Part shown: positions 1 through 14,210 of the stretch, piece by piece
How positions within the stretch are numbered: position 1 is the stretch's first letter
Layout: the number at the start of each line of letters is the position of its first letter
NCBI GenBank assembly: GCA_012295275.1
Contig: CM022665.1
Span: 496,001-560,000, forward strand
Source: Chrysomallon squamiferum
Taxonomy: Eukaryota > Animalia > Mollusca
DNA length: 64,000 nt
Direction: 5' to 3'
Translations under genes and position numbers: made by a program
The notes under the pieces: model-generated
What the model was told of the DNA's origin: nothing
The model's input: only the letters and a program-made list of their open reading frames with translations
The model's database searches: none

Positions 1-302
1 AGTTGCCAGTTAATAAAAATTCTAAACACCATTTTACTTTGCGATTCCAAAAAGACTGAATTTGAACTGATGATGAATTGTTTTATTTTAATAATGATAA
101 TGCTACAAAAAGAGTACTAAAGTTTTAGGGTATCTACTTTTAAACATGTAATATGTTTATGTTGAAAATTAAAATGATTTAAACGCATGTCAAAAGAAGA
201 ACCCCCCAACAACAAATAATTTAAATTTTAATAATACAGTTTATTCAGTTTTATTTATTTATTTATTTTTATTTATTATTTATTATTATTTATTATTTAT
301 TA

Positions 303-356
<54 letters not shown>

Positions 357-394
357 AAAAAAAAAAGAACAAATAAAACTTTTTCATTTCTTGG

Positions 395-570
395 TATAAT
401 AATTTGAAAATCAAGAAGTTACAAAGCACAGAGATCATATAAAAACTGGTTTTACTTCCATTTTCAAAAGATCTGTGCAGATCCGCAGGTGCGACATTCA
501 GGTGGAGATCTCTACAACGAGGACATAATTCATCATCATCATTTAAAAAAAAAATCAATAAAACTAAAGT
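395..570 (+). repeat. Dispersed repeat, copy 1 (probable old transposon fragment)
   Basis: Colinear similarity to 12200-12460. Compare ATAATAATTTGAAAATCAAGAAGTTACAAAGCACAGAGATCATATAAAAACTGGTTT with ATAATTATTTGAAAGTCAAGAAATTACAAAGCCAATAGATCATACAAAAACTGGTTT. Compare CTCTACAACGAGGACATAATTCATCATCATCATTT with CTCTACAACAACGACATAATTCATCATCATCATTT. Confidence 0.75.
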
Positions 571-2227
571 ATGATAATTATACGTATATATTTCAACTTC
601 TGAAATGGTTAAAAACCTGCAGTTTCCAGGGTCATGGCTCCTGGGTCCCTTTTTGGGCCCTAGAAGGCCTCAGATCCAAGGTTTTAGGCAGCGCTCTGTA
701 TATGACTATATATAAACACATTTTCCCTGATTAATGTCTGTCACATAAATATTTAAAAAAAAAAAATAAATAAATAAAAAATGTTTCGTAGTATCATGGA
801 TTAATTTAATCATAAAATCAGCTAGAGAATACTTAGCATCGAACAACAATGTAATACAAGAATTTTATATATAGCACTGAAAAATGTGTGGGTGAGATCT
901 ATTTAATAACCGTTAATTAGTTTAAAGATGTTCATACTGTGCTTCATGAGAAGATGATTAGCCAGTGAACAACTTTCAGATGAATAAATCTCAAGACAAC
1001 GAGTCTAAATCTGTTGCAGTGTCGTCAGGCGTTAGCGTGGGTCTAAAACACCGTCCCTCGTCCACGACTTCTCAGTAACCTCTGCTCCATTCAGTAGGTC
1101 ACAGTTGAAATGGTCTCTCCTGTCTGTCGAAACGACATATAAAAGACTCCGTGCTACATTTTGGAAAATATGGGTTTTCTTTGAAACTGTTACAAAAGTT
1201 TGCTAGCAAATAGTTGATGATAGATAATCAGCGTCCTCTGCAGTCAGTTGTTTTACAAAGCAACTTTGAGTTTTTTTACTTTTAAATGTGTAGGACCATA
1301 CTCTGTCCAGTACCAGAGTGGCAAAATAGTTCAGTCTCTAGAGCCTACAAAATACGAAATTCGTAGTAGAATTTTGTATGTTTGGGGTGCCTTTTAATAT
1401 TTGTTTCATCAAGGTGAATGAAAAGAGCTGGTAAATATGAGATAAATTAATTTTAGAAACAGAATCAGGCAAAAAAATATATTTTTATTTTTATTCATTG
1501 CCTTTGTGTCCTGATTTAGTTTCTTGTTCTTATCTGACCAAGATATAAATAAATAAAAATAAATAAATAAATAATAAAATGATATTTTGTATGAAGTGTT
1601 CCTTAAGGAAAAAAAAAAAATAACAATAATCAAGATATATATATATATATAAAATAATGTATACAAACAGAAAACAATAAATTTAAAAAAAAAAAACAAA
1701 ATTCCCAACACCAATAACAAAAACAATTACAATTCCAAACAATACCCTAAACAAAACAAAAACAACAATAAAAAACACAAACCCCCCACAGAACAAAAAC
1801 AAAAACAAACAACAACAACAACAAACCAAACAAAAACAAAACAAACAAGAGTAAAGTTTATATAGTTACTTATATGGGATTCTAATGTAACAATGACTTC
1901 ATGTAACAAATTAACATATACATGTATATATTTTTTCTTTTGTGTGTGTGTTCAAATTGGCCATTAAACTTTGTTTTCGGGTTTGCAGTTGATATTTGAA
2001 GCGTTTATTTGCTACAGCCAATGGCTACAAGTAATAAAGGAGACAGCTGAAGGATGTGTGAACAAGCTGTTTCACGAGGTTTTAGTCCTTTGTTTGAAAT
2101 AACTACAACTTTTATTGGCTAAAAAACTAAACAAAATGCCGAAGCATAAACCTATATATATAGAGAGATATATAGATATAGACCTAATAATATGCAAAGT
2201 GTTAATCTAAGATTAAGAACAATAATA

Positions 2228-2270
<43 letters not shown>

Positions 2271-4304
2271 AATTTATGATATTAAATATAATACATTTTA
2301 ACGTTAACGTTTTGAAACGTGATTGGATCATTTTAGCTTTCAAAAACTATGCGTATAGAAATGTTTTATTGTAAAATCAATTTGCCACTTAAAGTCTATT
2401 TTACAATATATAAAACAGATTGTAGAAACTGATGAATTATTACATAATATAACAGTTATAAATGTATAACTACTACTAATTCCAGTTCTGGACTATTTCA
2501 GTTCTGATTAAGAAAATCTTATTTAATTAGTCTATTGTTATTCTTATATTCATTATCATTATTTTCATATTTCCAAGAAAGACCGATATCCATTAAAAAT
2601 GTAAAAAAAAATATATATATATATTTATTTTCTTTATATTTATTTCGCTTAAATATAAATTAACACAAAATACTGAAATGTCTTTTAGTTTCGACAAAGA
2701 TAAGTAAATTTAATAAAAGGAGGCGTTTTCTTACAGAAACATTATTCAGAAGGACGACAGTGGTTTAAAAGTGTTAACCGCCTTCAAAATATATATATAT
2801 ATAATTTTTAAATTAAAATTATATATATTTTTTTATACATTTCTTGTTATTTCCAATCCTTGCGCAAAACAGCAGACGCGAACGTCGCGCGGCAGTAGGG
2901 AAACCAGCGTCGCGTTCAACGCTGAAATTGTTGGCGGGACGGACCTCTGTCTACCACTAATATCCATAATTAGCCTCTCCGTATCGATTACTTGCTATAA
3001 TGACCAGATTATGCTGCAGTCATATTGTAGGCACGTGTCGGCCGATTCTTTCTATGTCTTTGAGTAATCCTTGTCGCCTATCATCTATCACGTCTTTCAC
3101 AAAGACATGCTTCTTGGCCGGGATGGGAAGTTTACGTTTCGGGGATCAAGGATCTCCGAGATGAAATGTAATGCTCAGTAAGTGTGAAATCCATCGCTTT
3201 TACTCAGTCAGTCTGTCTCGGTCCTCGGCGTTTTCATCTCGTTCTTCCACACACAGAATGGACCCACGATGCTTGATATGTTTGCCCATGAGCACGTGAA
3301 TGCGTCTCCAGCCTGTAAATTAATAACTTGACAAGATCGGCATGTTGACAAAACAAACACACTATATTCTCATTTAATAGAGCTATGCGATTTAAATTTG
3401 TTTCCTCAGTAATATGACACTTAGCAGCTAGACTCCTGAGAAGACTATCTTAATGGCGCAGTGTTCTCTGGTTTAAGAGGGTAACCTAGATTCTCCTCCA
3501 AAAAAATCACTTTTTTTTTTTTTAAGCTAGGTTAAAAAAATAATAATAATAATAATAAAAAAATAAAATAAAATAAGAATTGTAGGAACAGTCTTATAAA
3601 GAAAAACAGGGCTAAATAAAAATCACGAAATAAAAAATTAATACTAATAAAAAAAAAAAAATCAAAATTACGCCATCTAAACATAATTATTATAGAGGGA
3701 AATAGCAAAAAACAATACAGATCGATGATCAAACATTTCTGAAATACATAAGATACTGAAAGATGAAACGATAAAAACTGATTTTTTATAGTTTTGTGTA
3801 TATAAAAATGATATAATGCAATCACATTAGATTATGTTCATATTCATAATCACACAATTCCCAACTGAACAATATCGATAGATTGAAAACCCTGTCCACC
3901 GACTCGCGGGAATAACATGCCGTCATTAGAAAAAGTTAAGGTCAAGGTTCATATATGGTCACGAAGAAGCAGGAGTATCGGGTTCCATAAATCTGCTGTT
4001 AAGTTGTAAAAAGAACACATACTACAAATAATATTTACTCTTCGTGTCCCAGCAGTGTCGCAGGACAAATTTCAAAGTTTTTTTGTAATTAAAAAGGGTA
4101 CGCTGAAATCACGTCCGTTGTGAAACTGTATCCAAGCCTGCGCTGCAGCTAATTGTCACGATGTGAGGGGTTGGAAGAGGTCTCGCGTGGAAGCAGTATC
4201 AGAAACTGTGCAATTAAATTAATTAGATTAATTTAACAAGATTTGCGTGATGATAAATGATTTCAGTGCGGAAATGATATACCAAATGCTTTTTATATTC
4301 TGCT

Positions 4305-4378
4305 AACCGTTAGCTGGATTCGAACCATCCTGGAAACAAACCGTAAAGCGTAGCGTTTTTCCCTCTATATCAGTACAT
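4305..4378 (-). mobile_element. Possible decayed tRNA-derived SINE head
   Basis: The minus strand has a perfect Pol III B-box GGTTCGAATCC (4316-4326) with a degenerate A-box-like TGATATAGAGGG (4361-4372) at tRNA-like spacing. No convincing cloverleaf. Confidence 0.25.
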
Positions 4379-5159
4379 CACACCAGAACCAGTTTGTTTC
4401 AAACTGTACGTACGCCGATACTGCCATTTATGCTGTTTATTCTTTTTAATTTTGTAATACAGATTTTTATTTTATTTTAATACATTGTTGTTGTTTTTTA
4501 TTGTTTTTTCACAGCTGGTTATTTAAATTAGGTTTCATACTGCTTAAAATAACTGTTATTTTGTAGATAAATTATTTCCAGGCTAAGCATAGACATCTAC
4601 AAAGCATACATGAACACATACATACATACATACATACATATACATACATACAAATATTTCGTTTACAGGGAGAGAAGGAGAGAGACAACAAAACACACAA
4701 AAAAAAAAAAAAAAAAAAAAGGTTATTTTGACATGAAATAATAGTAAATAAAATAAAATAAATCTTGGTAACGGAGAGAAAAGTAAAGGTGTAACTACAT
4801 TTATCTTCAAACTAAAAAGAAGATGTTGTAAATCTCGGCTGTCTGGTGAGTGATAGGAACAGCTTCAGGGAACAGATGAATACATGCACGGGGTAATGAG
4901 AATAAGCAGATGACAAAAACAAGTGAGAAATAGGCCGTCACATCACACACAATGTTTAATCCTAGACGAACTGGTGATATATAGAGGTCTGTGCAAAACA
5001 CGTGAACTGTAACAGGTAGTATGTGCGCCATCTACATTACCTCCCCCACCCAGTCCCAAAACCCCTTATCAAACTGAGTGTCGTTTCTTTAAATAAATAA
5101 ATAAGTAAATAAGTAAATAAATAGATAAATAAATAAATAAATAAATAAATAATAATAAC

Positions 5160-5196
<37 letters not shown>

Positions 5197-5297
5197 TGGC
5201 TTAATATTCTATGGACTGAGATTCGAATACACACAAATACTATTTGAAATTGTATTATTTAAATGCATGTTTCATTTATTTCTTTATTTAATAATTC

Positions 5298-5339
<42 letters not shown>

Positions 5340-5884
5340 TTATTTATTTATGTTTTAAACATTATTTGGCAATGCATTTTTTTTTTATTTTTTTTTTTTT
5401 GTTTGTTTTTGTTTGTGGGGTGGGGGTGTGTACGTACATCTGAGCTGAAAGTGCAGCGCTTTCATTGATCATGTTCGGGTTATCAACAGCTAGATCAAGC
5501 GTTCGTGTCGTAATGGCGTCACAGCACAGCCCACCTTGGAACCTCTGGGCGGTTACTCTAACCCCTCTTCCACCTAATCCGCCGATTAAGAAAGTTTTTC
5601 TTGTTTAAGAAACACGTACGGTTATCCCACAACCACTAAATGTTTGTTTACCGTGCTTTGTTTGGTTCATTTCGACTAATTTTGGTTTCGTGTTCCTCTT
5701 TTAAATTCCTCATCGTAATCGTAAAGCACGTTCCAGAATGCTCGCTGTGGATCACGTAAAATGACGGCGCGTGCGATTCGAAAAGCAAGTCATTAACAGC
5801 AGATGTTCAAAAACCTCAAACGGATGTAGAACCCCGAACTCATAAAATAATAAATAATAATAGTAATAATAACAGCAACAAACA

Positions 5885-5956
<72 letters not shown>

Positions 5957-8111
5957 CACCCAGAAACGAAAAAAGGTTAATTGAATAAATTGATTTTTAT
6001 TATTGTATTTGAATAGTTACCATGTTAAAGGCGAAATTAATTGATCTGTTAAAAATAACTGTTCATTTAAGAACATTTTTTCGACAACACAGTGATGACA
6101 GTCATACGACAAAGATAAATGATGATTCATTTCATTTCCATATTAATTCATTGGCTTGTGACCAAAGATCGCATAAAGATTTGTTAATTAATTGTTATGA
6201 TGATTGAATTAATGTTTTGCCGATAAATTCTCTCTGAACTGAGAAAAGTTTTAGTATATCACAGAAACTGTAGAGACACACTATCAACGTATTAAGATCA
6301 AAACATAGATGCTTTTGTGTGTATGTGTGTGTGGCAGTATACGTGCGTGTGCAATCGCAAATTCTTTTTTTTCTTTTTTTTTCTTTCTTTCTTTTCTTTT
6401 TTAAACAAACAAAAAGAATTAATGATTTGTTTTACAGTTTATGCCCAACATCGAAGGGTCATATGTTGATGCAAGGTGAGAGTAAACGACTTTCTTTTTT
6501 AAACTCTGAGGCTCAAGTTTCAAATGCTTAACTATGTTCCTGGATCCTTTACTGAGTTGGAATTCATTATTAAAGAGAAAACAATATGGACGATTTTTTC
6601 CCAATGTTTAAGAACAACATTTGCATCGATATGGTAATACCTTCATAAAGACATAATTCAATAAAGAATTTTTGTGCAATCTTCCCTGAAGTGGAATTTT
6701 ATTGGGTGATTTCACCAAGGAACATCTATTCGTGTCACATTTGCATTCAAAATTCCGCCGATCTGACAGAGCATTTGTCATTTTACAGCGACCTATTAAT
6801 CTCTAGGCATATGGAACAACTCTATTAACAAACTAAATACCTATTATTTCACATTAAACTTTGTAATTACCCCCAGATAGCCTGCACATAGAATTATTTA
6901 AATATGCAAGTATTATCGATGCAAATGCGTGCATAAAAAAAGTCTATTTTCTACTATGAGGCCCAAAGATTTATTCCTTTTTTAAAAAAGAGCTTTACTA
7001 CCATCTTATAAGTAATCTTTTTTTTATTAAATAATAATTCAATTAAATATACTTGTATTAGTTTATTCTAATTTACTATCAATGGCTACCTCAGACTTAA
7101 CAGGTGAAATGACAAAAGTTACTGTGATATGATAACAATAAGATGTTTTGAAAATATAAAGGAAATAAATGTTTCTCGAATTAAACGCAGGTTATAAGTG
7201 CAGGTTAGTAAAAAAAATATAAACAGAGTTTTTAAAATTTGGAAGTCTTTGTATTTAAAGTGGAACAAAAAAAATAAAAAATAAAATAAAAAACAGGGGA
7301 AAAAAATGCAACAACAAACAAACAAACAAACGAAAACAACAACAACAACAATAATAACGAAAAAATACAAACATAAAAAAATATGATAAATGTGGAATAC
7401 TTAAATGACTTTGTTTCAAGATAAAACTTAATAAGATTATCTCTTGTAAGGGCATATGAGATATACTTTGACTCCAGATAGGTATATTACATTTTCAATA
7501 ACCTTTAATTTTTTATTCGTAATTTCTCTCCTTAGCCGACTTCAAATGCATCTGTTCAAATGTGTATTTTATGTCTACGTTCATTCCTTAAAAACAACAA
7601 AACAAACAACAACCAAGGAAAAGTATTTTAGAATTTGTTTTGTGGATTAATGTATACATGTAATAATGACCTTTTTCTAATAATATTTGACCAGAAAGAA
7701 AAAAGAGTAAGAATGGATAACTACAGCTCTATAATAGTCATTTTGTTTAGTTTTGAAATTCTAGAAAACATTTCGAAATTACGAAGACAGTTTTGAAAGT
7801 TTTAATTTTAATAAAAAATATTTTTGAACTTTTTTGTCATTTTAAATCTTGCGAATAATATTAAACTAAAATACAAATTCTTTCTAAATGCTGACAAAAT
7901 GTGTCTAACAAAGTTCAATTATTTTTCTGTATTTTGTTGAGTGATACGCCATTTTAGACGTCTGTACAACCAGCCATTGAGTCATATGTGAAGTTTTAGT
8001 TATTTTCATTTGTTGTGTCATATTTATGAAAACTGTTAGAAGGTTTACAACATAACGCTCTCTGGTCAGATTAAATGATTATTCGAAAACATCTTCTTAT
8101 GATATATACAT

Positions 8112-8156
<45 letters not shown>

Positions 8157-10180
8157 CATAACACTGAAATGGACGATACAAACTGACATCGTGTATTTAT
8201 TACGGTTATCATCATAGTTATTAATAAACGCAGTACTTTTATGTTACAAAACATTTAATTAATGAATGTACACACACACATATTAGATTTTCTTTGATAC
8301 TTGTTTTGGGTTCCTATTTTTTATTTATTTATTTAATTTATTTATTATTTTATTTTTTATTGATTATTATGCATTTTACCATTAGTATTAGCAGGCATGT
8401 ATGTTTTATTTCTACATTTTGTGAAGGAAAAAGGCCAACAGGCTTATTACAATAAAATATTGCATTCAGAAAAACTAATGAGAAAAGACGCACTACACAA
8501 ATAAATTTTATAAAGATTAAAAAAAAAAAAAAAATTAAAGAAAAAGTTAAAAAAAAAGATTAACAACAATAAAAAAAAAAAAACAAAAAAAAACAACAAC
8601 AACAAATTAGCAATAATAAAATAATTACAGAAGAGAAAATGAGACAGACGTGAAATGGGAAGCGTGGAGGAGATAGGTGGACGCACGTAACTACGTATAA
8701 TTATATTTTAGTTGTCGTAAAGATGGTTTATCACATGAAACAGCAGGAGACCTGTTTAAACAATGTTAATTTCGCTCCTAAATGCCTCCGCTTGTCACAG
8801 ATGTCTTTGTACCTGTAACCTAATATCATATCTGTCGTTTAAATCCGTGTCATGAAACACAGCGTTTTTGCAAGTCGCTAAAAATTATATACCTTTTAAC
8901 TGACATTTCATTTAGTATTTACACTTTCAAAGAAAAACTATATAGTCTAAAGTCTAAATGTTCTGCACTAAGAAAAAAAAAATTAAGAAGACTGATATAA
9001 AGTAAGTTGAATATTTGTCGTTATTGTGATATATTTCTAATTATGTTTTAACCCACAAAATTTCATCTAACTGCTTAGAAAATTACAATGTTAGCTAACA
9101 GTCTGGATGTTGTTTCATACAGCACTTGGCGGCCATCTGATAATTATGCAAGGAGATAGATATTTGGGTTGACATTCTCTTCTGCTCTAGTTCTTTCTTT
9201 CTTTCTTTATTATTTTGGTATTTCATTACCTACTTTTTTTTTTGTAATTTCATATCTGTCCCAGTAATTCATTAATAATAATAAAAAAAAAAATAATAAA
9301 AATCAAATCAAATAAAACATACTCAAAAAAAAAAATTAAAAAAAATAACAAAAAAATAATAATAATAATAAAAAAAAATTAAAAAAAAAAAAAATAATAA
9401 TAATAAAAAAAAAAATAACAAAACAAAAAAATACAACGAAAAATTTAATGTCATTATGTAAATGTGTTGTTGGACGCATGTTTACAACTATACCATCGCA
9501 ATATAACATCATCTGTTTAGAATATAATGTGTTTTGTTTCCAATCAATAAACGGTTCTATTTGACGGCATATTGCAATTTTATTTTATTTATATTAAGTT
9601 TAATATGAACTAAGTTAACTACAAACACCTTTCGAAGAACTTAAATGTAAATAGTTTAAAATAAGTTGAATTAACTATTTACAAACTCGTTTGGAAGAAG
9701 TTAACTGAAAACAGTTTAACTAATTAACTTCATAAACCGTTAAGTTCGACGGTAACGCAATGAAGTAAATAGCAACATTTTATACATTGTTCAAAAATAA
9801 CGAACCTTTCATTTAATCCTTATACCTTGGAAATATAATGTTTGTTTTAATATATTACACATTTTTTTTTAAATTATTATTTTTTTTCTTTTCAGAAAAA
9901 ACGGACAAAATTACAAAATTAAATTTCTCGGATCAACTTTATTGTACATAATAAATTAGCTATTATATATATTTGGTTCTGAAAAATTCACACAATTTCT
10001 AAGGCTTCGTTATCCTATTTTTGACAACAAATATTCATAAAATTATGTAACTAAACCTCAGTCATAGCTAGTTACACCAGTAATATTATACAGTACGGAT
10101 GTACTAACGTGCATGAGTGAAATATGGAAATGCCAGAAAAAGACTGTTCGAGTAGGCTTTGTTTCAGTCAAGTAAGTCTA

Positions 10181-10240
<60 letters not shown>

Positions 10241-10506
10241 GATGGTAAACATTTCGTGAAATAGAGATTTTTGTTGTTGTTGTTCACTATGCATCGTCCT
10301 GTTATCTCTAAATTCATGATATAACGGGAGACTGGTGGGAGTGATGAAAGAAACATAATTTGAAAATATTTATCTCTTCACTATTTATAAATAAAAGTAT
10401 TATCAGCTACCACGATAACTTTATGCATGTGTGTGTGTGTGTTTGTTTGTGTTTGTGTATATATATATATATACTAAAAAAATATATATATATATATGTG
10501 CATTTT

Positions 10507-10587
<81 letters not shown>

Positions 10588-10926
10588 ATGAAAAATAACA
10601 ACAACAACAGAATCTGCAGATTCTTAGAACAAAAGATGTATACAAATGTATATCACACAAACTCTGACTATTGAACTGAAGTGTTTATTTAAACAGACTG
10701 GATTAATGCTTCTATTAATTTGGATAAATCTGACTTTTCGCACATCTTATGTCTGCTTTGACACTGTATTAAACAGAAAGACGTTTATTTAAAGATTTTA
10801 CTAATTACAATGATCGCCAGAGTTCAATGATCTATTAAAAAAAAAAAAAAAAAAAAAAAAACACACACAAAAATCTTATACTACACTTTTCTCTCAAGTG
10901 ATGGTAATTCACCGTTAGCATCCCAC

Positions 10927-10957
<31 letters not shown>

Positions 10958-12199
10958 AGAAGAAGAAGAAGAAAAGAACGACCAAAAAACCCCATTCCCC
11001 TCCAGAAAACCCCCACTAAAAAAACAAAACAAAAAAACCCTTGCTTTCAAGACTGAAACAGATAAATTGTCGCTTGGCTCTATCCAGCTGAAGTATTGAA
11101 TAAAATAGCATATTCAAGCACGATTCATATCTTTCTGTTAAAAAACATCGTGATTTGTCTCGATGTGGGTCAAGGTCATTATGAGGAAGAGGTTTTAATT
11201 TTTGGTTATAAAAACTAATGGTGTGTTGTTTTATGTCACTAGACTCACACATATTTTTAGGTTAGTGCCTCATAAACTCGACATCCAACGTACAGGTGAT
11301 GACTACAAAAGGTACTTATGTTTTGTGGGCTATTAACAACAGTATCAAACGTTTGCTGCACTACATCGTCGACGTAAAGCACCTGTTGCATCAGACAGAG
11401 TGAAACAAATGACTGCTGGTAGAAACAGCATTATTTCTTTTCTGCTTTTCATAAATGGCAGCAAAAAAAAAAACAACAACAACAACGGTAATTACGATGT
11501 TTGATGATAATAATTTGCAGTTAAGAAGGTTATAAAATATTACAAGTGAACGTCAGATGTAAATAAACATGTAGTTTGAGTCGCTGTTGTTTATTTTTGT
11601 TTTAAAACGGAAAAGAAAAATGTTAATTGTAGCTTCAGGCTTCATTTGTCAGTTAACAAAAATTCTAAACACATCTTACTATGCGCTGTGAAAACGAATG
11701 AATTTAAAATATTGATATGGCTGGAAATTTGTTCATGGACAACATATTTATTAACAAAAAGAATGATACTTTTGGAAAAGCCCCCACCCCCCAAAAAAAT
11801 ATTTTTCAAAAAGAAGAAGAATTATTTTTTTTTAGTAAACTACATATTTTAGAATAGCTTTCTGAACATTTTCGTTATAAAATAATTTAGTTTACATTGG
11901 CAGTACAAATCTTGTACCTGTAAATGAAAAGTTATATTCTTACATTTGACTGAAAAAAAAAAAAAAAAAATTAAAACAATAATACAAAAAGATGTGCATA
12001 TGGCAATGCTGAACTTTATGAATTTTTACTTTTAAAGGTAAAAGTAAAATAATAAAATAAATCAATCAATTAGCGATCATAGTTACTTCAAGTCATAAAG
12101 ATTACCGCATTTTTTACGAGCTCCAACTTTAATTTTGTTAAATTTCAGTACGCGTTTTAAAAACGATTTAGCAAATAAAGCGCCTGTTTCTTTTCGCCG

Positions 12200-12460
12200 G
12201 ATAATTATTTGAAAGTCAAGAAATTACAAAGCCAATAGATCATACAAAAACTGGTTTGAGTTGTAGTTTTTACATCAAATATTTCACTTTCACTTAAAAA
12301 AGAAAGAAAGAAAAAAAAGAAATCTATGCAATTTCGCACGTGCGAAACGTGCCCGTGACCATTAGCATCGACCGAGGTTCATTTTGAGAACTCTACAACA
12401 ACGACATAATTCATCATCATCATTTGTAAATTTTCTAAAAATGAAATTAATAAAACTACA
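12200..12460 (+). repeat. Dispersed repeat, copy 2, with internal 16-bp perfect palindrome
   Basis: Matches 395-570 with insertions; contains the palindrome TTTCGCACGTGCGAAA at 12332-12347. Confidence 0.75.
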
Positions 12461-13092
12461 AAAGGAAGCAGCCGTCTTTAAGGAAAGAGATGGTTTGATG
12501 GTAATTTGATTGGCACAAACATTCCCCCATTTCGTCTGACGGTGCTTGCAGCAGACTGCTTGTCTCAGGCGGAGGACATTGCTTCTTGGTGATTGACTTG
12601 TGTGCAAAATAATAGACGAGGTTTCATAAATCTGTAGCAGCATAACAGTAATTTATTGCAGATATCACTGTCCTTTCATTATAGCCTTCTGTCTTTAGTG
12701 AGGTGCAGGGTCATCTTGGTCGAGAATTATGGAAAACAAGTGTAACCTTTTGATTTGAATCACCAGTTTTACATTTGCATATATCTAAGAAGTAATTATC
12801 TTTCAGACATTCTTCATTGATTTTGTCTTTAAAACATCAAACATCGAGACCGTTTGCCATTTCTATGGCAGCGTTGCTTATATAATTTAGTCAAAAAGAA
12901 GAACATTACTAAAGATCTTCTAGATATTTTTTTCTCTTCCTTATGCATAGTTTTTATATAATTAAACTCCAATCATGTGTAGATTAGTGGTTATAAGCCA
13001 AACTGAAAGGTAAGAATAACACATCGTGTGTTTGTTGTGAATATAAAGTAAAGTAATTCTACACTGTATGTGCGTGGTGCTGTTGAGAGCAG

Positions 13093-13183
<91 letters not shown>

Positions 13184-13478
13184 AAATGCTTTTCTAATTC
13201 ATCTGGCGACATTTTGATTTCTTCTGTGAGGTTCCTGATCTATACGTTCTGCTTGTGCGCACGTCGAATCTATGGCTTTATGACTTCCTGTTAACACGAA
13301 ACTGCAGACTCCAGTGTTAAACTAATCATGTCTGTTATTTCCGTTTGTACGCATATCCCACTGCTTCTTCTTCTTCTTCTTCTTCTTCTACAAAAAGAAA
13401 ACAACAAAAAAACAACAACAACAAAACAAAACAACAAAAAACAACAAAAAAACAGAAAACAAAACAACAAAAATCAAC

Positions 13479-13513
<35 letters not shown>

Positions 13514-14210
13514 GTAAATAAATAAATACTATTACTACTACTACTACTAATAATAATAATAATAATAACAAAAACAACAAACAAAACAAATAAACAAATA
13601 AAAACCACAACAGCATCAAAAACAACCCAAGCCCGCCAAAAAAAAAAAAAAAAAAAAATTATAATAATACCAGAGGAAATTCTTTCCTCTTGAAATATTT
13701 CGTACTGTTTCCAGGTTTACTTAAACGGTTTATTATATTTCTGAATATAATGGCTTATTGTTATTATAGTATTATAAAGTTTTAAGGTTTTCACAACAGT
13801 ATAATTTTATGTATTAACAAAAATATCTAAGCTTAAATTATCTTTGGAGTTTTAGTCGATGTAAAAGATGTACAAGTGTATTGTAAACAACAACAACTGT
13901 AAAAACAATAACAACAACAAAATAAACAAATAAAAAATATATAAATAAATAAAGTAACATATAACAAAAAATAATAAAATAATAATAATTTCCTGTAACG
14001 TTTTGTATAATGCTTGTGTTTAATTATATTTCAGTTAAAAATAAATATAAACATCAAATTATACACAAAATGTATCAGTTCTACAAAATCGATATTGATA
14101 AAAATTTGTTTTGTTAATATACTAATTAAGAGTGACAAAAAATTTTTTTCTGCTCAGTTTTACTCTTTTATGTAAGTCAGCTAAAAAAAACAAGTGGAGC
14201 GCACTAACGA

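Noticed and set aside
5090-5345. (AAT)n…(ATT)n apparent inverted repeat
   Set aside because: Expected by chance given the abundance of these microsatellites in both orientations.
6080-6094. 15-bp match TTCGACAACACAGTG shared with 39530-39544
   Set aside because: The similarity barely extends into the flanks and is too short to call a repeat family.
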